In this document: positions 39,055 to 53,681 of the stretch, one piece after another | How the letters are laid out: every line of letters starts with the position of its first letter | Position numbering within the stretch: position 1 is the first letter of the stretch | Assembly (NCBI GenBank): GCA_043228905.1 | Contig: JBHGNT010000061.1 | Coordinates: forward strand, 1 to 64,000 | Origin: Azolla caroliniana | Lineage: Eukaryota > Plantae > Polypodiophyta | DNA length: 64,000 nt | Direction of reading: 5' to 3' | Program-made: the position numbers and the translations under genes | Notes under the pieces: generated by a model | Seen by the model: only the letters and a program-made list of their open reading frames with translations | Database searches by the model: none | Told to the model about the DNA's origin: nothing

Positions 39055-42000
39055 GTGGGTAAATTAAAATGTTCATACCTGGCTCCTGTGATATCGGATT
39101 TTAGTGTTCAATCATGCGAATGGAAGCTAACAACGCTAGCTATGATATAGAATAAAAAAATCAAGATATTGAAACTCTGATCGAGAGACAAGACGAAGTT
39201 AACAAAAATAAGGAGGGAGTTGAGAAGAGCGCGTGAGTAAATTAAAATGTTCATCCCTGGCTCGTGTGATATTGGATTTTAGTGTTGAATCATGCGAATC
39301 CAGGCTAACAATGCTAGCTATGATATGGAATTAAAAATCAAGATGTTGAAACTCAGGTCGAGAGACATGACGAAATTAGCAAATTTGAGGAGGGAGTTGA
39401 GAAGAGGCCGTTCGGAAATGAACATGTTCATACCCGGCTCGTGTGATATCGGATTTTTGTGTCCAATCATGCGAATCGAAGCTAACAACGCTAGCTATGA
39501 TATAGAATAAAAAAATCAAGATTTTGAAACTCACGTCGAGGGACATGACGAAATTAGCAAATTTCAGGAGGGCGTTGAGAAGAGCCCGTTCGGAAATGAA
39601 AATGTTCATACCTGGCTCGTGTGATATTGGATTTTTGTGTTCAAACATGCGAATCGAAGCTAACAACGCTAGCTATGATATGGATTTAGAAAATAAAAAT
39701 TCTGAAAATCAGGTCGAGAGACATGAAGAAATTACCAAGTTAGAGGAGGGAGTTGAGAAGAGCTCGTGAGTAAATTAACATGTTCATACCTGGCTCGTGT
39801 GATATCGGATTTTAGTGTTCAAAGATGCGAATCGAAGCTAACAACGCTACCTATCATATGGAATTAAAAAATCAAGATTGTGACACTCAGGTCGAGAGAC
39901 ATGAAGAAATTACAAAGTTAGAGGAGGGAGTTGAGAAGAGCCCGTAAGTAAATTAAAATGTTCATACCTGGCTCGTGTGATATCAGATTTTGAAACTCAG
40001 GTCGACAGATATGAAGAAATTACCAAATTTGAGGAAGGAGTTAAGAAGAGCGCGTGAGTAAATTAAAATGTTCATACCTGGCCCATGTGATATCGGATTT
40101 TAGTGTTCAAAGATGCGACTCGAAGCTAACAACGATACCTGTAATATGGAATTAAAAAATCAATATTCTGAAACTGAGGTCGAGAGACATGAAGAAATTG
40201 GAAAGTTAGAGGAGGGAGTTGAGAAGAGCTCGTGAGTAAATTAAAATGTTCATACCTGGCCCATTTGATATCGGATTTTAGTGTTTAAATATGCGAATAG
40301 AAGCTAACAACGCTAGCTATGATATGGAATTAAAATATCAAGGTTTTGTAACTCAGGTCGACAGACATGAAGAAATTACCAAATTTGAGGAGGGATTTAA
40401 GAAGAGCGAGTGAGTAAATTAAAATGTTCATACTTGGCCCATGTGATATCGGATTTTAGTGTTCAAAGATGCGAATCGAAGCTAACAAGGCTACCTATAA
40501 TATGGTATTAAAACATCAAGATTTTGAAACTCAGGTCGTCTGATATGATATGGATTTAGAAAATCAAGATTTTGAAACTCAGGTCGAGAGACATGAAGAA
40601 ATTACCAAGTTAGAGGAGGGAGTTCAGAAGAGCTCATGAGTAAATTAAAATGTTCATACTTGGCTCGTGTGATATTGGATTTTAGTGTTCAAAGAAGCGA
40701 ATCGAAGCAAACAACGCTACCTATAATATGGAATTAAAAAATCAAGATTGTGACACTCAGGTCGAGAGACATGAAGAAATTATCATGTTAGAGGAGGGAC
40801 TTGAGAAGAACCCGTGAGTAAATTAAAATGTTCATACCTGGCTCGTGTGATATCGGATTTTTGTGTTCAAACATGCGGATCGAAGCTAACAACTCTAACT
40901 ACGATATGGAATTAAAAAATCAAGATTTTGAAACTCAGGTGGAGAGACATGACGAAGTTAGCAAATTTGAGGAGGGAGTTGAGAAGAGCCTCTGAGTAAA
41001 TTAAAATGTTCATACCTGGCTCGTGTGATATCGGATTTTAGTGTTCAATAATGCGAATGGAAGCTAACAACGTTAGCTATGATATAGAATAAAAAAATCA
41101 AGATTTTGAAACTCAGGTCGAGAGACAAGACGAAGATAACAAAAATAAGGAGGGAGTTGAGAAGAGCCCGTGAGTAAATTAAAATGTTCATCCCTGGCTC
41201 GTGTGATATCGGATTTCAGTGTTTAATAATGCGAATCGAGGCTAACAACGCTAGCTATGATATGGAATTAAAAAATCAAGATTTTGAAACTCAAGTCGAG
41301 AGACATGACGAAACTAGCAAATTTGAGGAGGGAGTTGAGAAGAGGCCGTTCGGAAATGAAAATGTTCATACCTGGCTCGTGTGATATCGGATTTTTGTGT
41401 CCAATCATGCTAATCGAAGCTAACAATGTAGCTATGATATAGAATAAAAAAATCAATATTTTGAAACTCACGTCGAGCGACATGACGAAATTAGTAAATT
41501 TGAGGAGGGAGTTGAGACATGACGAAATGAGTGAATTAAAATCTTCATACCTAGCCCGTGTGATATTGGATTTTCGTGTTCAATCATGCGAATCGAAGCT
41601 AACAACGTCGAGATTTTAAAAAATCAAGATTTTAAAACTCAGGTCGAGAGACATGACGAAATTAGCAAATTTGAGGACGGAGTTGAGAAGAGCGCGTGAG
41701 TAAATGAAAATGTTCATACCTGGCTCGTGTTATATCGAATTTTTGTGTTCAAACATGCGAATCGAAGCTAACAAAGCTAGCTATGATATCGAATTAAAAA
41801 ATCAAGATTTTGAAACTCAGGTGAGAGACATGATGAAATTTGCATATTTGAGGAGGTGTGATATCGGATTTAAGTGTTCAAACATGCGAATAGAAGCTAA
41901 CAACCCTAACTATGATTTGGAATTAAAAAATCAAGATTTTAAAACTCAGGTGGAGAGACATGACGAAATTAGCAAATTTGAGGAGAGAGTTGAGAAGAGC

Positions 42001-45000
42001 CCGTGAGTAAATTAAAATGTTCATACCTGGCTCGTGTGATATCGGATTTTAGTGTTCAATCATGCTAATGGAAGCTAACAATGCTAGCTATGCTATGGAA
42101 TTAAAAACTCATGATTTTGAAACTCAGGTCGAGAGTCATGATGAAATAAGCAAATTTGAGGAGGGAGTTGAGAAGAGCCCGTGAGTAAATTAAAATGTTC
42201 ATACCTCGCTCGTGTGATATCGGATTTTTGTGTCCAATCATGCGAATCGAAGCTAACAACGCTAGCTATGATATAGAACAAAAAAACCAAGATTTTGAAA
42301 CTCAGATCGAGAGACATGACGAAATTAGGATAAATGAGGAGCGAGATGAGAAGAGGCCGTGACTAAACTAAAAATGTTCATCCCTGGCTCGTGTGATATC
42401 GGATTTTAGTGTTCAAACATGCGAATCGAGGCTAACAACGCTAGCTATGATATGGAATTAAAAAATCAAGATTTTGAAACTCACGTCGAGGGACATGACG
42501 AAATTAGTAAATTTGAGGAGGGAGTTGAGAAGAGCGCGTGAGTAAATTAAAATGTTCATACCTGGCTCGTGTGATATCCGATTTTAGTGTTCAAACATGC
42601 GAATCGAAACTAACAACCCTAACTATGATATGGAATTAAAAAATCAAGATTCTGAAACTAAGGTGGAGAGACATGACGAAAATAGCAAATTTGAGGAGGG
42701 AGTTGAGAAGAGCCCGTGAGTAAATTAAAATGTTCATACCTGGCTCGTGCGATATCGGATTTTTGTGTTCAATCATGCTAATGGAAGCTAACAACGCTAG
42801 CTATGATATGGAATTAAAAAATCATGATTTTGAAACTCAGGTCGAGAACCATGATGAAATTAGCAAATTTGAGGAGGGAGTTGAGAAGAGCCCGTGAGTA
42901 AATTAAAATGTTCATACCTGGCTCGTGTGATATCGAATTTTTGTGTCGAATCATGCGAATCGAAGCTAACAACGCTAGCTATGATATAGAACAAAAAAAC
43001 CAAGATTTTGAAACTCAGATCGAGAGACATGACGAAATTAGGATAAATGAGGAGGGAGATGAGAAGAGGCCGTGACTAAACTAAAAATGTTCATCCCTGG
43101 CTCGTGTGATATCGGATTTTAGTGTTCAAACATGCGAATCGAGGCTAACAACGCTAGCTATGATATGGAATTAAAAAATGAAGATTTTGAAACTCACGTC
43201 GAGGGACATGATGAAATTAGTAAATTTGAGGAGGGAGTTGAGAAGAGCGCGTGAGTAAATTAAAATCTTCATACCTAGCCCGTGTGCTATCGGATTTTTG
43301 TGTTCAATCATGCGAATCAAAGCTAACAACGCTATCTATGATATGGAATTAAAAAATCAAGATTTTGAAACTCAGGTCGAGAGACATGACGAAATTAGCA
43401 AATTTGAGGAGGGAGTTGAGAAGAGGCCGTCCGGAAATGAAAATGTTCATACCTGGCTCGTGTGATATCGGATTTTTGTGTTCAAACATGCGAATCGAGG
43501 CTAACAACCCTAGCTATGATATAGAATTAAAAAATGAAGGTTTTGAAACTCAGGTCGAGAGACATGACGAAATTAGCAAATTTCAGGAGGGTGTTGAGAA
43601 GAGCCCGTTTGGAAATGAAAATGTTCATACCTGGCTCGTGTAATATTGGATTTTTGTGTTCAAACATTCGAATCGAAGCTAACAACGCTAGCTATGATAT
43701 GGATTTAGAAAATCAAGATTTTGAAACTCAGGTAGAGAGACATGACGAAATTAGCAAATTTGAGGAGGGAGTTGAGAAGAGCGCGTGGGTAGATTAAAAT
43801 GTTCATACCTAGCTCGTGTGATATCGGATTTTAGTGTTCAAACATGCGGATCGAAGCTAACAACCTTAACTATGATATGGAATTAAAAAATCAAGATTTT
43901 GAAACTCAGGTAGAGAGACATGACGAAGTTAGCAAATTTGAGGAGGGAGTTGAGAAGAGCCCGTGAGTAAATTAAAATGTTCATACCTGGCTCGTGTGAT
44001 ATTGGATTTTAGTGTTCAATCATGCGAATGGAAGCTAACAACGCTAGCTATGATATAGAATAAAAAAAGCAAGATATTGAAACTCAGGTCGAGAGACAAG
44101 ACGAAGTTAACAAAAATAAGGAGGGAGTTGAGAAGAGCTCGTGAGTAAATTAAAATGTTCATCCCTGGCTCGTGTGATATCGGATTTTAGTGTTGAATCA
44201 TGCGAATCGAGCCTAACAATACTAGCTATGATATGGAATTAAAAAATCAAGATTTTGAAACTCAGGTCGAGAGACATTACGAAATTAGGAAATTTGAGGA
44301 GGGAGTTGAGAAGAAACCGTTCGGAAATGAAACTGTTGATACCCGGCTCGTGTGATATCGGATTTTTGTGTCCAATCATGCGAATCGAAGCTAACAACGC
44401 TAGCTATGATATAGAATAAAAAAATCAAGATTTTGAAACTCACGTCAAGGGACATGACGAAATTATTAAATTTGAGGAGGGAGTTGAGAAGAGCCCGTTC
44501 GGAAATGAAAATGTTCATACCTGGCTCGTGTGATATTGGATTTTTGTGTTCAAACATGCGAATCGAAGCTAACAACGCTAGCTCTGATATGGATTTAGAA
44601 AATCAAAATTCTGAAAATCAGGTCGAGAGACATGAAGAAATTACCAAGTTAGAGGAGGGAGTTGAGAAGAGCTCGTGAGTAAATTAAAATGTTCATACCT
44701 GGCCCATGTGATATCGGATTTTAGTGTTTAAATATGGGAATCGAAGCTAACAACGCTAGCTATGATATGAAATTAAAATATGAAGATTTTGTAACTCAGG
44801 TCGACAGACATGAAGAAATTACCAAATTTGAGGAGGGAGTTAAGAAGAGCGAGTGAGTAAATTAAAATGTTCATACCTGGCCCATGTGATATCGGATTTT
44901 AGTGTTCAAAGATGCGAATCGAAGCTAACACTGCTACCTATAATATGGTATTAAAACATCAAGATTTTGAAACTCAGGTTGACAGACATGAAGAAATTAC

Positions 45001-48000
45001 CAAATTTGAGGAAGGAGTTAAGAAGAGCGCGTAGGTAAATTAAAATATTCATACCTGGCCCATGTGATATCGGATTTTAGTGTTCAAAGATGCGAATCGA
45101 AGCTATAAACGCTAGCTATAATATGGTATTAAAAAATCAATATTTTGAAACTCAGGTCGACAGACATGAAGAAATTACCAAATTTGAGGAAGGCAGTTAA
45201 GAAGAGCGCGTGAGTTAATTAAAATGTTCCTACCTGGCCCATGTGATCCCGGATTTTTGTTTTCAAACATGCGAATCGAAGCTAACAACACTAGATATGA
45301 TATGGAATTAAAATATCAAGATTTTGAAACTCCGGTCGAGAGACATGACGAAATTACCAAATTTGAGGAGGGAGTTGAGAAGAGCGCGTGAGTAAATTAA
45401 AATGTTCCTACCTGGCCCATGTGATATCGGATTTTAGTGTTTAAATATGCGAATCGAACCTAACAACGCTAGCAATGATATGGAATTACAAAATCAAGAT
45501 TTTGAAACTTAAATCGACAGACATGAAGAAATTACTAAGTTAGAGGAGGGAGTTGAGAAGAGCTCGTAAGTAAATTAAAATGTTCATACCTGGCTCGTGT
45601 GATATCGGATTTTAGTGTTCGAAGATGCGAATCGAAGCTAACAACGCTACCTATAATATGGAATAAAAAAATCAAGATTGTGACACTCAGGTCGAGAGAC
45701 ATGAAGAAATTACAAAGTTAGAGGAGGAACTTGAGAAGAACCCGTGAGTAAATTAAAATGTTCATACGTGGCTCGTGTGATATCAGATTTTTGTGTTCAA
45801 ACATGCGAATCGAAGCTAACAACAATAGATATGATATGGAATTAAAAAATCAAGATATGGAAACTCAGATCGACAGACATGAAGAAATTACCAAATTTGA
45901 GGATGGAGTTGAGAAGAGCGCGTGAGTAAATTAAAATATTCATACCTGGCTCGTGTGATATCGGATTTTTGTGTTCAAACATGCGAATCGAAGCTAACAA
46001 CGCTAGCTATGATATGGATTTAGAAAATCAAGATTTTGAAACTCAGGTCGAGAGACATGAAGAAATTACCAAATTTGAGGAGGGAGTTGAGAAAAGCGCG
46101 TGAGTAAATTAAAATGTTCATACGTGGCTTGTGTGATCCCGGATTTTTGTTTTCAAACATGCGAATCGAAGCTAACAACACTAGATATGATATGGAATTA
46201 AAATATCAAGATTTTGAAACTCCGGTCGAGAGACATGACGAAATTACCGAATTTGAGGAGGGAGTTGAGAAGAGCGTGTGGGTAAATTAAAATGTTAATA
46301 CCTGGCTCGTGTGATATCGGATTTTCCTGTTCAATCATGCGAATCGAAGCTAACAATGCTAGCTATGATATCGATTTAGAAAATCAAGATTTTGAAACTC
46401 AGCTACAGAGACATGAGGAAATTAGCAAATTTGAGGAGGGACTTGAGAAGAGCGTGTGGGTAAATTAAAATGTTCATACCTGGCTCGTGTGATATCCGAT
46501 TTTAGTGTTCAAACATGCGAATCGAAGCTAACAACCCTAACTATGAGATGGAATTAAAAAATCAAGATTTTGAAACTCAGGTGGAGAGACATGACGAAAA
46601 TAGCAAATTTGAGGAGGGAGTTGAGAAGAGCACGTGAGTAAATTAAAATGTTCATCCCTGGCTCGTGTGATATCGGATTTCAGTGTTGAATCATGCGAAT
46701 GGAAGCTAAGAACGCTAGCTATGATATGGAATTAAATTATCAAGATTTTGAAACTCAGGTCAAGAGACATGACGAAATTAGCAAATATGAGGAGGGAGTT
46801 GAGAAGAGGCCGTTCGGAAATGAAACATGCGAATCGAGGCTAACAACGCTAGTTATGATATAGAATTAAAAAATCAATATTTTGAAACTCCGGTCGAGAG
46901 ACATGACGAAATTATCAAATTTGAGGAGGGAGTTGAGAAGAACGTGTGGGTAAATTAAAATGTTCATACCTGGCTCGTGTGATATCGGATTTTTGTGTTC
47001 AAACATTGGAATCAAAGCTAAGAACACTAGATATGATATGGAATTAAAAAATCAAGATTTTGAAACTCAGGTCGAGAGACATGATGAAATTACCAAATTT
47101 GAGGAGGGAGTTGAGAAGAGCGCGTGAGTAAATTAAAATGTTCATACGTGGCTCGTATGATATCGGATTTTTGTGTTCAAACATTGGAATCGAAGCTAAC
47201 AACGCTAGCTATGATATGGAATCGAAAAATCAAAATTTTGAAACTCAGGTCGGGAGACATGAAGAAATTACCAAATTTGAGGAGGGAGTTGAGAAGAGCG
47301 CGTGAGTAAATTAAAATGTTCATACCTAGCTCGTGTGATATCGGATTTCTGTGTTCAAACATTGGAATCGAAGCTAACAACGCTAGATATGATATGGAAT
47401 TAAAAAATCAAGATTTTGAAACTCACGTCGAGGGACATGACGAAATCAGTAAATTTGACGAGGGAGTTGAGAAGAGCGCGTGAGTAAATTAAAATGTTCA
47501 TACCTGGCTCGTGTGATATCCGATTTTAGTGTTCAAACATGCGAATCGAAACTAACAACCCTAACTATGATATGGAATCAAAAAATCAAGATTTTGAAAC
47601 TCAGGTCGAGAGACATGAAGAAATCGGCAAGTTAGAGGAGGGAGTTGAGAAGAGCGCGTGAGTAAATTAAAATGTTCATACCTGGCCCATGTGATATCGG
47701 ATTTTAGTGTCTAAATATGTGAATCATAGCTATAACAACGCTACCTATAATATGCAATTAAAAAATCAAGATTTTGAAACTCAGGTCGACAGACATGAAG
47801 AAATTACCAAATTTGAGGAAGGAGTTAAGAAGAGCCCCCGAGTAAATTAAAATGTTCATACCTAAGTCGTTTGATATCGGATATTTGTGTTCAAACAATT
47901 GAATCGAAGCTAACAACGTTAGCTATGATATGGAATTACAAAATCAAAATTCTTAAGCTCAGATCGACCGACATGGAGAAATTACCAAATTTGAGGAGGG

Positions 48001-49790
48001 AGTTGAGAAGAGAGCGTGAGTAAAGTAAAATGTTCATACGTGGCTCGTGTGATATCGGATTTTTGTGTGCAAACAATGGAATCGAAGCTAACAACACTAG
48101 ATATAATATGGAATTAAAAAATGAAGATTTTGAAACTCAGGTCGAGAGACATGAAGAAATTACCAAATTTGAGGAGGGAGTTGAGAAGAGCGCGTGAGTA
48201 AATTAAAATGTTCATACCTGGCTCGTGTGATATCAGATTTTTGTGTTCAAACATTGGAATCGAAGCTAACAACACTAGCCATGATATAGAATCAAAAAAT
48301 CAAAATTTTGAAACTCAGGTCGAGAGACATGAAGAAATTGGCAAGTTAGAGAAGGGAGTTGAGAAGAACGCGTAAGTAAATTAAAATGTTCATACCTGGC
48401 CCATGTGATATCGGATTTTAGTGTTTAAATATTCGAATCATAGCTAGAGCAGCGCTACCTATAATATGCAATTAAAAAATCAAGATTTTCAAACTCAGAT
48501 CGACAGACATGAAGAAATTACCAAATTAAAATGTTCATACCTGGCTCGTGTGATATCGGATTTTTGTGTTCAAAGATGCGAATCGAATCGAAATTAAAAT
48601 GTTCATACCTAGCTATGATATAGAATCAAAAAATCCAAATTTTGAAACTCAGGTTGAGAGACATGAAGAAATTGGCAAGTTAGAAGAGGGAGTTGAGAAC
48701 AGGCCGTGAGTAAATTAAAATGTTCATACCTGGCCCATGTGATCCCGGATTTTGAAACTCAGGTCGAGAGACATGAAGAAATTACCAAATTTGAAGAGGG
48801 AGTTGAGAAGAGCGCGTGAGTAAATTAAAATGTTCATACCTGGCTCGTGTGATATTGGCATGAAGACGGAGTTAAGAAGAGCCCCTGAGTAAATTAAAAT
48901 GTGCATACCTAGCCCATGTGATATCGGATTTTACTGTTCAAAGATGCGAATCGAAGCTAACAACGCTACCTATAATATGGTATTAAAAAATCAAGATTTT
49001 GAAACTCAGGTCGACAGACCTAAACAAATTACCAAATTTGAGGAAGAAGTTAACAAGAGCGCGTGAGTAAATTAAAATGTTCATACCTGGCCCATGTGAT
49101 ATCGGATTTTAGTGTTCAAAGATGCGAATCGAAGCTAACAACGCTACCTATAATATAAGATTAAAAAATCGAGATTTTGAAACTCAGGTCGAGAGACATG
49201 AAGAAATTACCAAATTTGAAGAGGGAGTTGAGAAGAGCGCGTGAGTAAATTAAAATGTTCATACCTGGCTCGTGTGATATTGGATTTTTGTGTTGAAAGA
49301 TGCGATTCGAAGCAAACAACGCTACCTATAATATGGAATTAAGAAATCGAGATTTTGAAACTCAGGTCGCGAGACATTATGAAATTACCAAATTTGAGGA
49401 GGGAGTTGAGAAGATTTGAGAGGAGTAAATTAAAATGTTCATACCTGCCTCGTGTGATCCCGGATTTTTGTGTTCAAACATGCGAATCGCAGCTATGATA
49501 TAGAATTAAAAAATCAAGATTTTGAAACTCAGATCCACAAACATGAACAAATTACCAAATTTAAGGAGGGCGTTGAGAAGAGCGCGTGATTAAATTAATA
49601 TGTTCATACCTGGCTATTGTGATCCCAGATTTTTGTGTTCAAAGATGCGAATCGAAGCTAACAACAGTACCTATTATATAGAATAAAAAAATACAGATTT
49701 CGAAACTCAGGTCGAGAGACATGAAGAAATTGGCAAGTTAGAAGAGGGAGTTGAGAAGAGCCCATAAGTAAATTAAAATGTTCATACCTG
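39055..49790 (+). repeat. Copy A of a ~10-kb segmental duplication within the array
   Basis: Colinear with 53682-63740. ORF offsets step 14627, 14587, 14596, 13883, 13748, and rare indel junctions are shared. Confidence 0.9.
42000..43260 (+). repeat. Local repeat with 713-bp (4-monomer) offset, present only in copy A
   Basis: GACTAAACTAAAAATG occurs at 42361 and 43074. The 713-bp spacing equals the A/B offset change from 14596 to 13883. Confidence 0.82.
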
Positions 49791-52700
49791 GCTCGTGTGA
49801 TATCGGATTTTAGTGTTCAATCATGCGAATGGAAGCTAACAACGCTAGCTATGATATAGAATAAAAAAATCAAGATATTGAAACTCAGATTGAGAGACAA
49901 GACGAAGTTAACAAAAATAAGGAGGGAGTTGAGAAGAGCGCGTGAGAAAATTAAAATGTTCATCCCTGGCTCGTGTGATATCGGATTTCAGTGTTTAATA
50001 ATGCGAATCGAGGCTAACAACGCTAGCTATGATATGGAATTAAAAAATCAAGATTTTGAAACTCAGGTCGAGAGACATGAAGAAATCACCAAATTTGAGG
50101 AAGGGAGTTAAGGAGAGCGCGTGAGTAAATTAAAATGTTCCTACCTGGCCCATGTGATATCGGATTTTAGTGTTTAAATATGCGAATCGAAGCTAACAAC
50201 GCTAGCAATGATATGGAATTACAAAATCAAGATTTTAAAACTTAGATCGACAGACATGAAGAAATTACCAAGTTAGAGGAGGGAGTTGAGAAGAGCTCGT
50301 GAGTAAATTAAAATGTTCATACCTGGCTCGTGTGATATCGGATTTTAGTGTTCAAAGATGCGAATCGAAGCTAACAACGCTACCTATAATATGGAATTAA
50401 AAAATCAAGATTGTGACACTCAGGTCGAGAGACATGAAGAAATTACCAAGTTAGAGGAGGGACTTGAGAAGAACCCGTGAGTAAATTAAAATGTTCATAC
50501 CTGGCTCGTGTGATATCGGATTTTTGTGTTCAAACAATGGAATCGAAGCTAACAACTATAGATATGATATGGAATTAAGAAATCGAGATTTTGAAACTCA
50601 GATCGACAGACATGAAGAAATTACCAAATTTGAGGATGGAGTTGAGAAGAGCGCGTGAGTAAATTAAAATATTCATACCTGGGTCCTGTGATATCGGATT
50701 TTTGTGTTCAAACATGCGAATCGAAGCTAACAACGCTAGCTATGATAAGGATTTAGAAAATCAAGATTTTGAAACTCAGGTCGAGAGACATGAAGAAATT
50801 ACCAAATTTGAGGAGGGAGTTGAGAAGAGCGCGTGAGTAAATTAAAATGTTCATACGTGGCTCGTGTGATCCCGGATTTTTGTTTTCAAACATGCGAATC
50901 GAAGCTAACAACACTAGATATGATATGGAATTAAAATATCAAGATTTTGAAACTCCGGTCGAGAGACATGACAAAATTACCAAATTTGAGGAGGGAGTTG
51001 AGAAGAGCGTGTGGGTAAATTAAAATGTTAATACCTGGCTCGTGTGATATCGGATTTTTGTGTTCAATCATGCGAATCGAAGCTAACAACGCTAGCTATG
51101 ATATCGATTTAGAAAATCAAGATTTTGAAACTCAGCTACAGAGACATGAGGAAATTAGCAAATTTGAGGAGGGACTTGAGAAGAGCGCGTGGGTAAATTA
51201 AAATGTTCATACCTGGCTCGTGTGATATCCGATTTTAGTGTTCAAACATGCGAATCGAAACTAACAACCCTAACTATGATATGGAATTAAAAAATCAAGA
51301 TTCTGAAACTCAGGTGGAGAGACATGACGAAAATAGCAAATTTGAGGAGGGAGTTGAGAAGAGCCCGTGAGTAAATTAAAATGTTCATACCTGGCTCGTG
51401 CGATATTGGATTTTAGTGTTCAATCATGCTAATGGAAGCTAACAACGCTAGCTATGACATGGAATTAAAAAATCATGATTTTGAAACTCAGGTCGAGAAC
51501 CATGAAGAAATTAGCAAATTTGAGGAGGGAGTTGAGAAGAGCCCCTGAGTAAATTAAAATGTTCATACCTGGCTCGTGTGATATCGGATTTTAGTGTTCA
51601 ATCATGCGAATGGAAGCTAACAACGCTAGCTATGATATAGAATAAAAAAATCAAGATATTGAAACTCAGATCGAGAGACAAGACGAAGTTAACAAAAATA
51701 AGGAGGGAGTTGAGAAGAGCGCGTGAGAAAATTAAAATGTTCATCCCTGGCTCGTGTGATATCGGATTTTAGTGTTCAAAGATGCGAATCGAGGATAACA
51801 ACGCTAGCTATGATATGGAATTAAAAAATCAAGATTTTGAAACTCACGTCGAGGGACATGACGAAATTAGTAAATTTGAGGAGGGAGTTGAGAAGAGCGC
51901 GTGAGTAAATTAAAATCTTCATACCTAGCCCGTGTGATATAGGATTTTAGTGTTCAATCATGCGAATCGAAGCTAACAACGCTATCTATGATATGGAATT
52001 AAAAAATCAAGATTTTGAAATTCAGGTCGAGAGACATGACGAAATTAGCAAATTTGAGGAGGGAGTTGAGAAGAGGCCGTCCGGAAATGAAAATGTTCAT
52101 ACCTGGCTCGTGTGATATCGGATATTTCTGTTCAAACATGCGAATCGAGGCTAACAACGCTAGCTATGATATAGAATTAAAAAATGAAGGTTTTGAAACT
52201 CAGGTCGAGAGACATGACGAAATTAGCAAATTTCAGGAGGGAGTTGAGAAGAGCGCGTGAGTAAATTAAAATGTTCATACGTGGCTCGTGTGATCCCGGA
52301 TTTTTGTTTTCAAACATGCGAATCGAAGCTAACAACACTAGATATGATATGGAATTAAAATATCAAGATTTTGAAACTCCGGTCGAGAGACATGATGAGA
52401 TTACCAAATTTGAGGAGGGAGTTGAGAAGAGCGCGTGAGTAAATTAAAATGTTCAGACGTGGCTCGTGTGATCCCGGATTTTTGTTTTCAAACATGCGAA
52501 TCAAAGCTAACAACACTAGATATGATATGGAATTAAAATATCAAGATTTTGAAACTCCGGTCGAGAGACATGACGAAATTACCAAATTTGAGGAGGGAGT
52601 TGAGAAGAGCGTGTGGGTAAATTAAAATGTTCATACCTGGCTCGTGTGATATCGGATTTTAGTGTTCAATCATGCGAATGGAAGCTAACAACGCTAGCTA

Positions 52701-53681
52701 TGATATAGAATAAAAAAATCAAGATATTGAAACTCAGATCGAGAGACAAGACGAAATTACCAAATTTGAGGAGGGAGTTGAGAAGAGCGCGTGAGAAAAT
52801 TAAAATGTTCATCCCTGGCTCGTGTGATATCGGATTTTAGTGTTGAATCATGCGAATCGAGGCTAACAATGCGAGCTATGATATGGAATTAAAAAATCAA
52901 GATTTTGAAACTCATGTCGAGAGACATGAAGAAATTACCAAATTTGAGGAAGGGAGTTAAGGAGAGCGCGTGAGTAAATTAAAATGTTCCTACCTGGCCC
53001 ATGTGATATCGGATTTTAGTGTTTAAATATGCGAATCGAAGCTAACAACGCTAGCAATGATATGGAATTACAAAATCAAGATTTTAAAACTTAGATCGAC
53101 AGACATGAAGAAATTACCAAGTTAGAGGAGGGAGTTGAGAAGAGCTCGTGAGTAAATTAAAATGTTCATACCTGGCTCGTGTGATATCGGATTTTAGTGT
53201 TCAAAGATGCGAATCGAAGCTAACAACGCTACCTATAATATTGAATTAAAAAATCAAGATTGTGACACTCAGGTCGAGAGACATGAAGAAATTACCAAGT
53301 TAGAGGAGGGACTTGAGAAGAACCCGTGAGCAAATTAAAATGTTCATACCTGGCTCGTGTGATATCGGATTTTTGTGTTCAAACAATGGAATCGAAGCTA
53401 ACAACAATAGATATGATATGGAATTAAGAAATCGAGATTTTGAAACTCAGATCGACAGACATGAAGAAATTACCAAATTTGAGGAGGGAGTTGAGAAGAG
53501 CGTGTGGGTAAATTAAAATGTTAATACCTGGCTCGTGTGATATCGGATTTTTGTTTTCAATCATCCGAATCGAAGCTAAGAACGCTAGCTATGATATCGA
53601 TTTAGAAAATCAAGATTTTGAATCTCAGCTAGAGAGACATGAGGAAATTAGCAAATTTGAGGAGGGACTTGAGAAGAGCGC

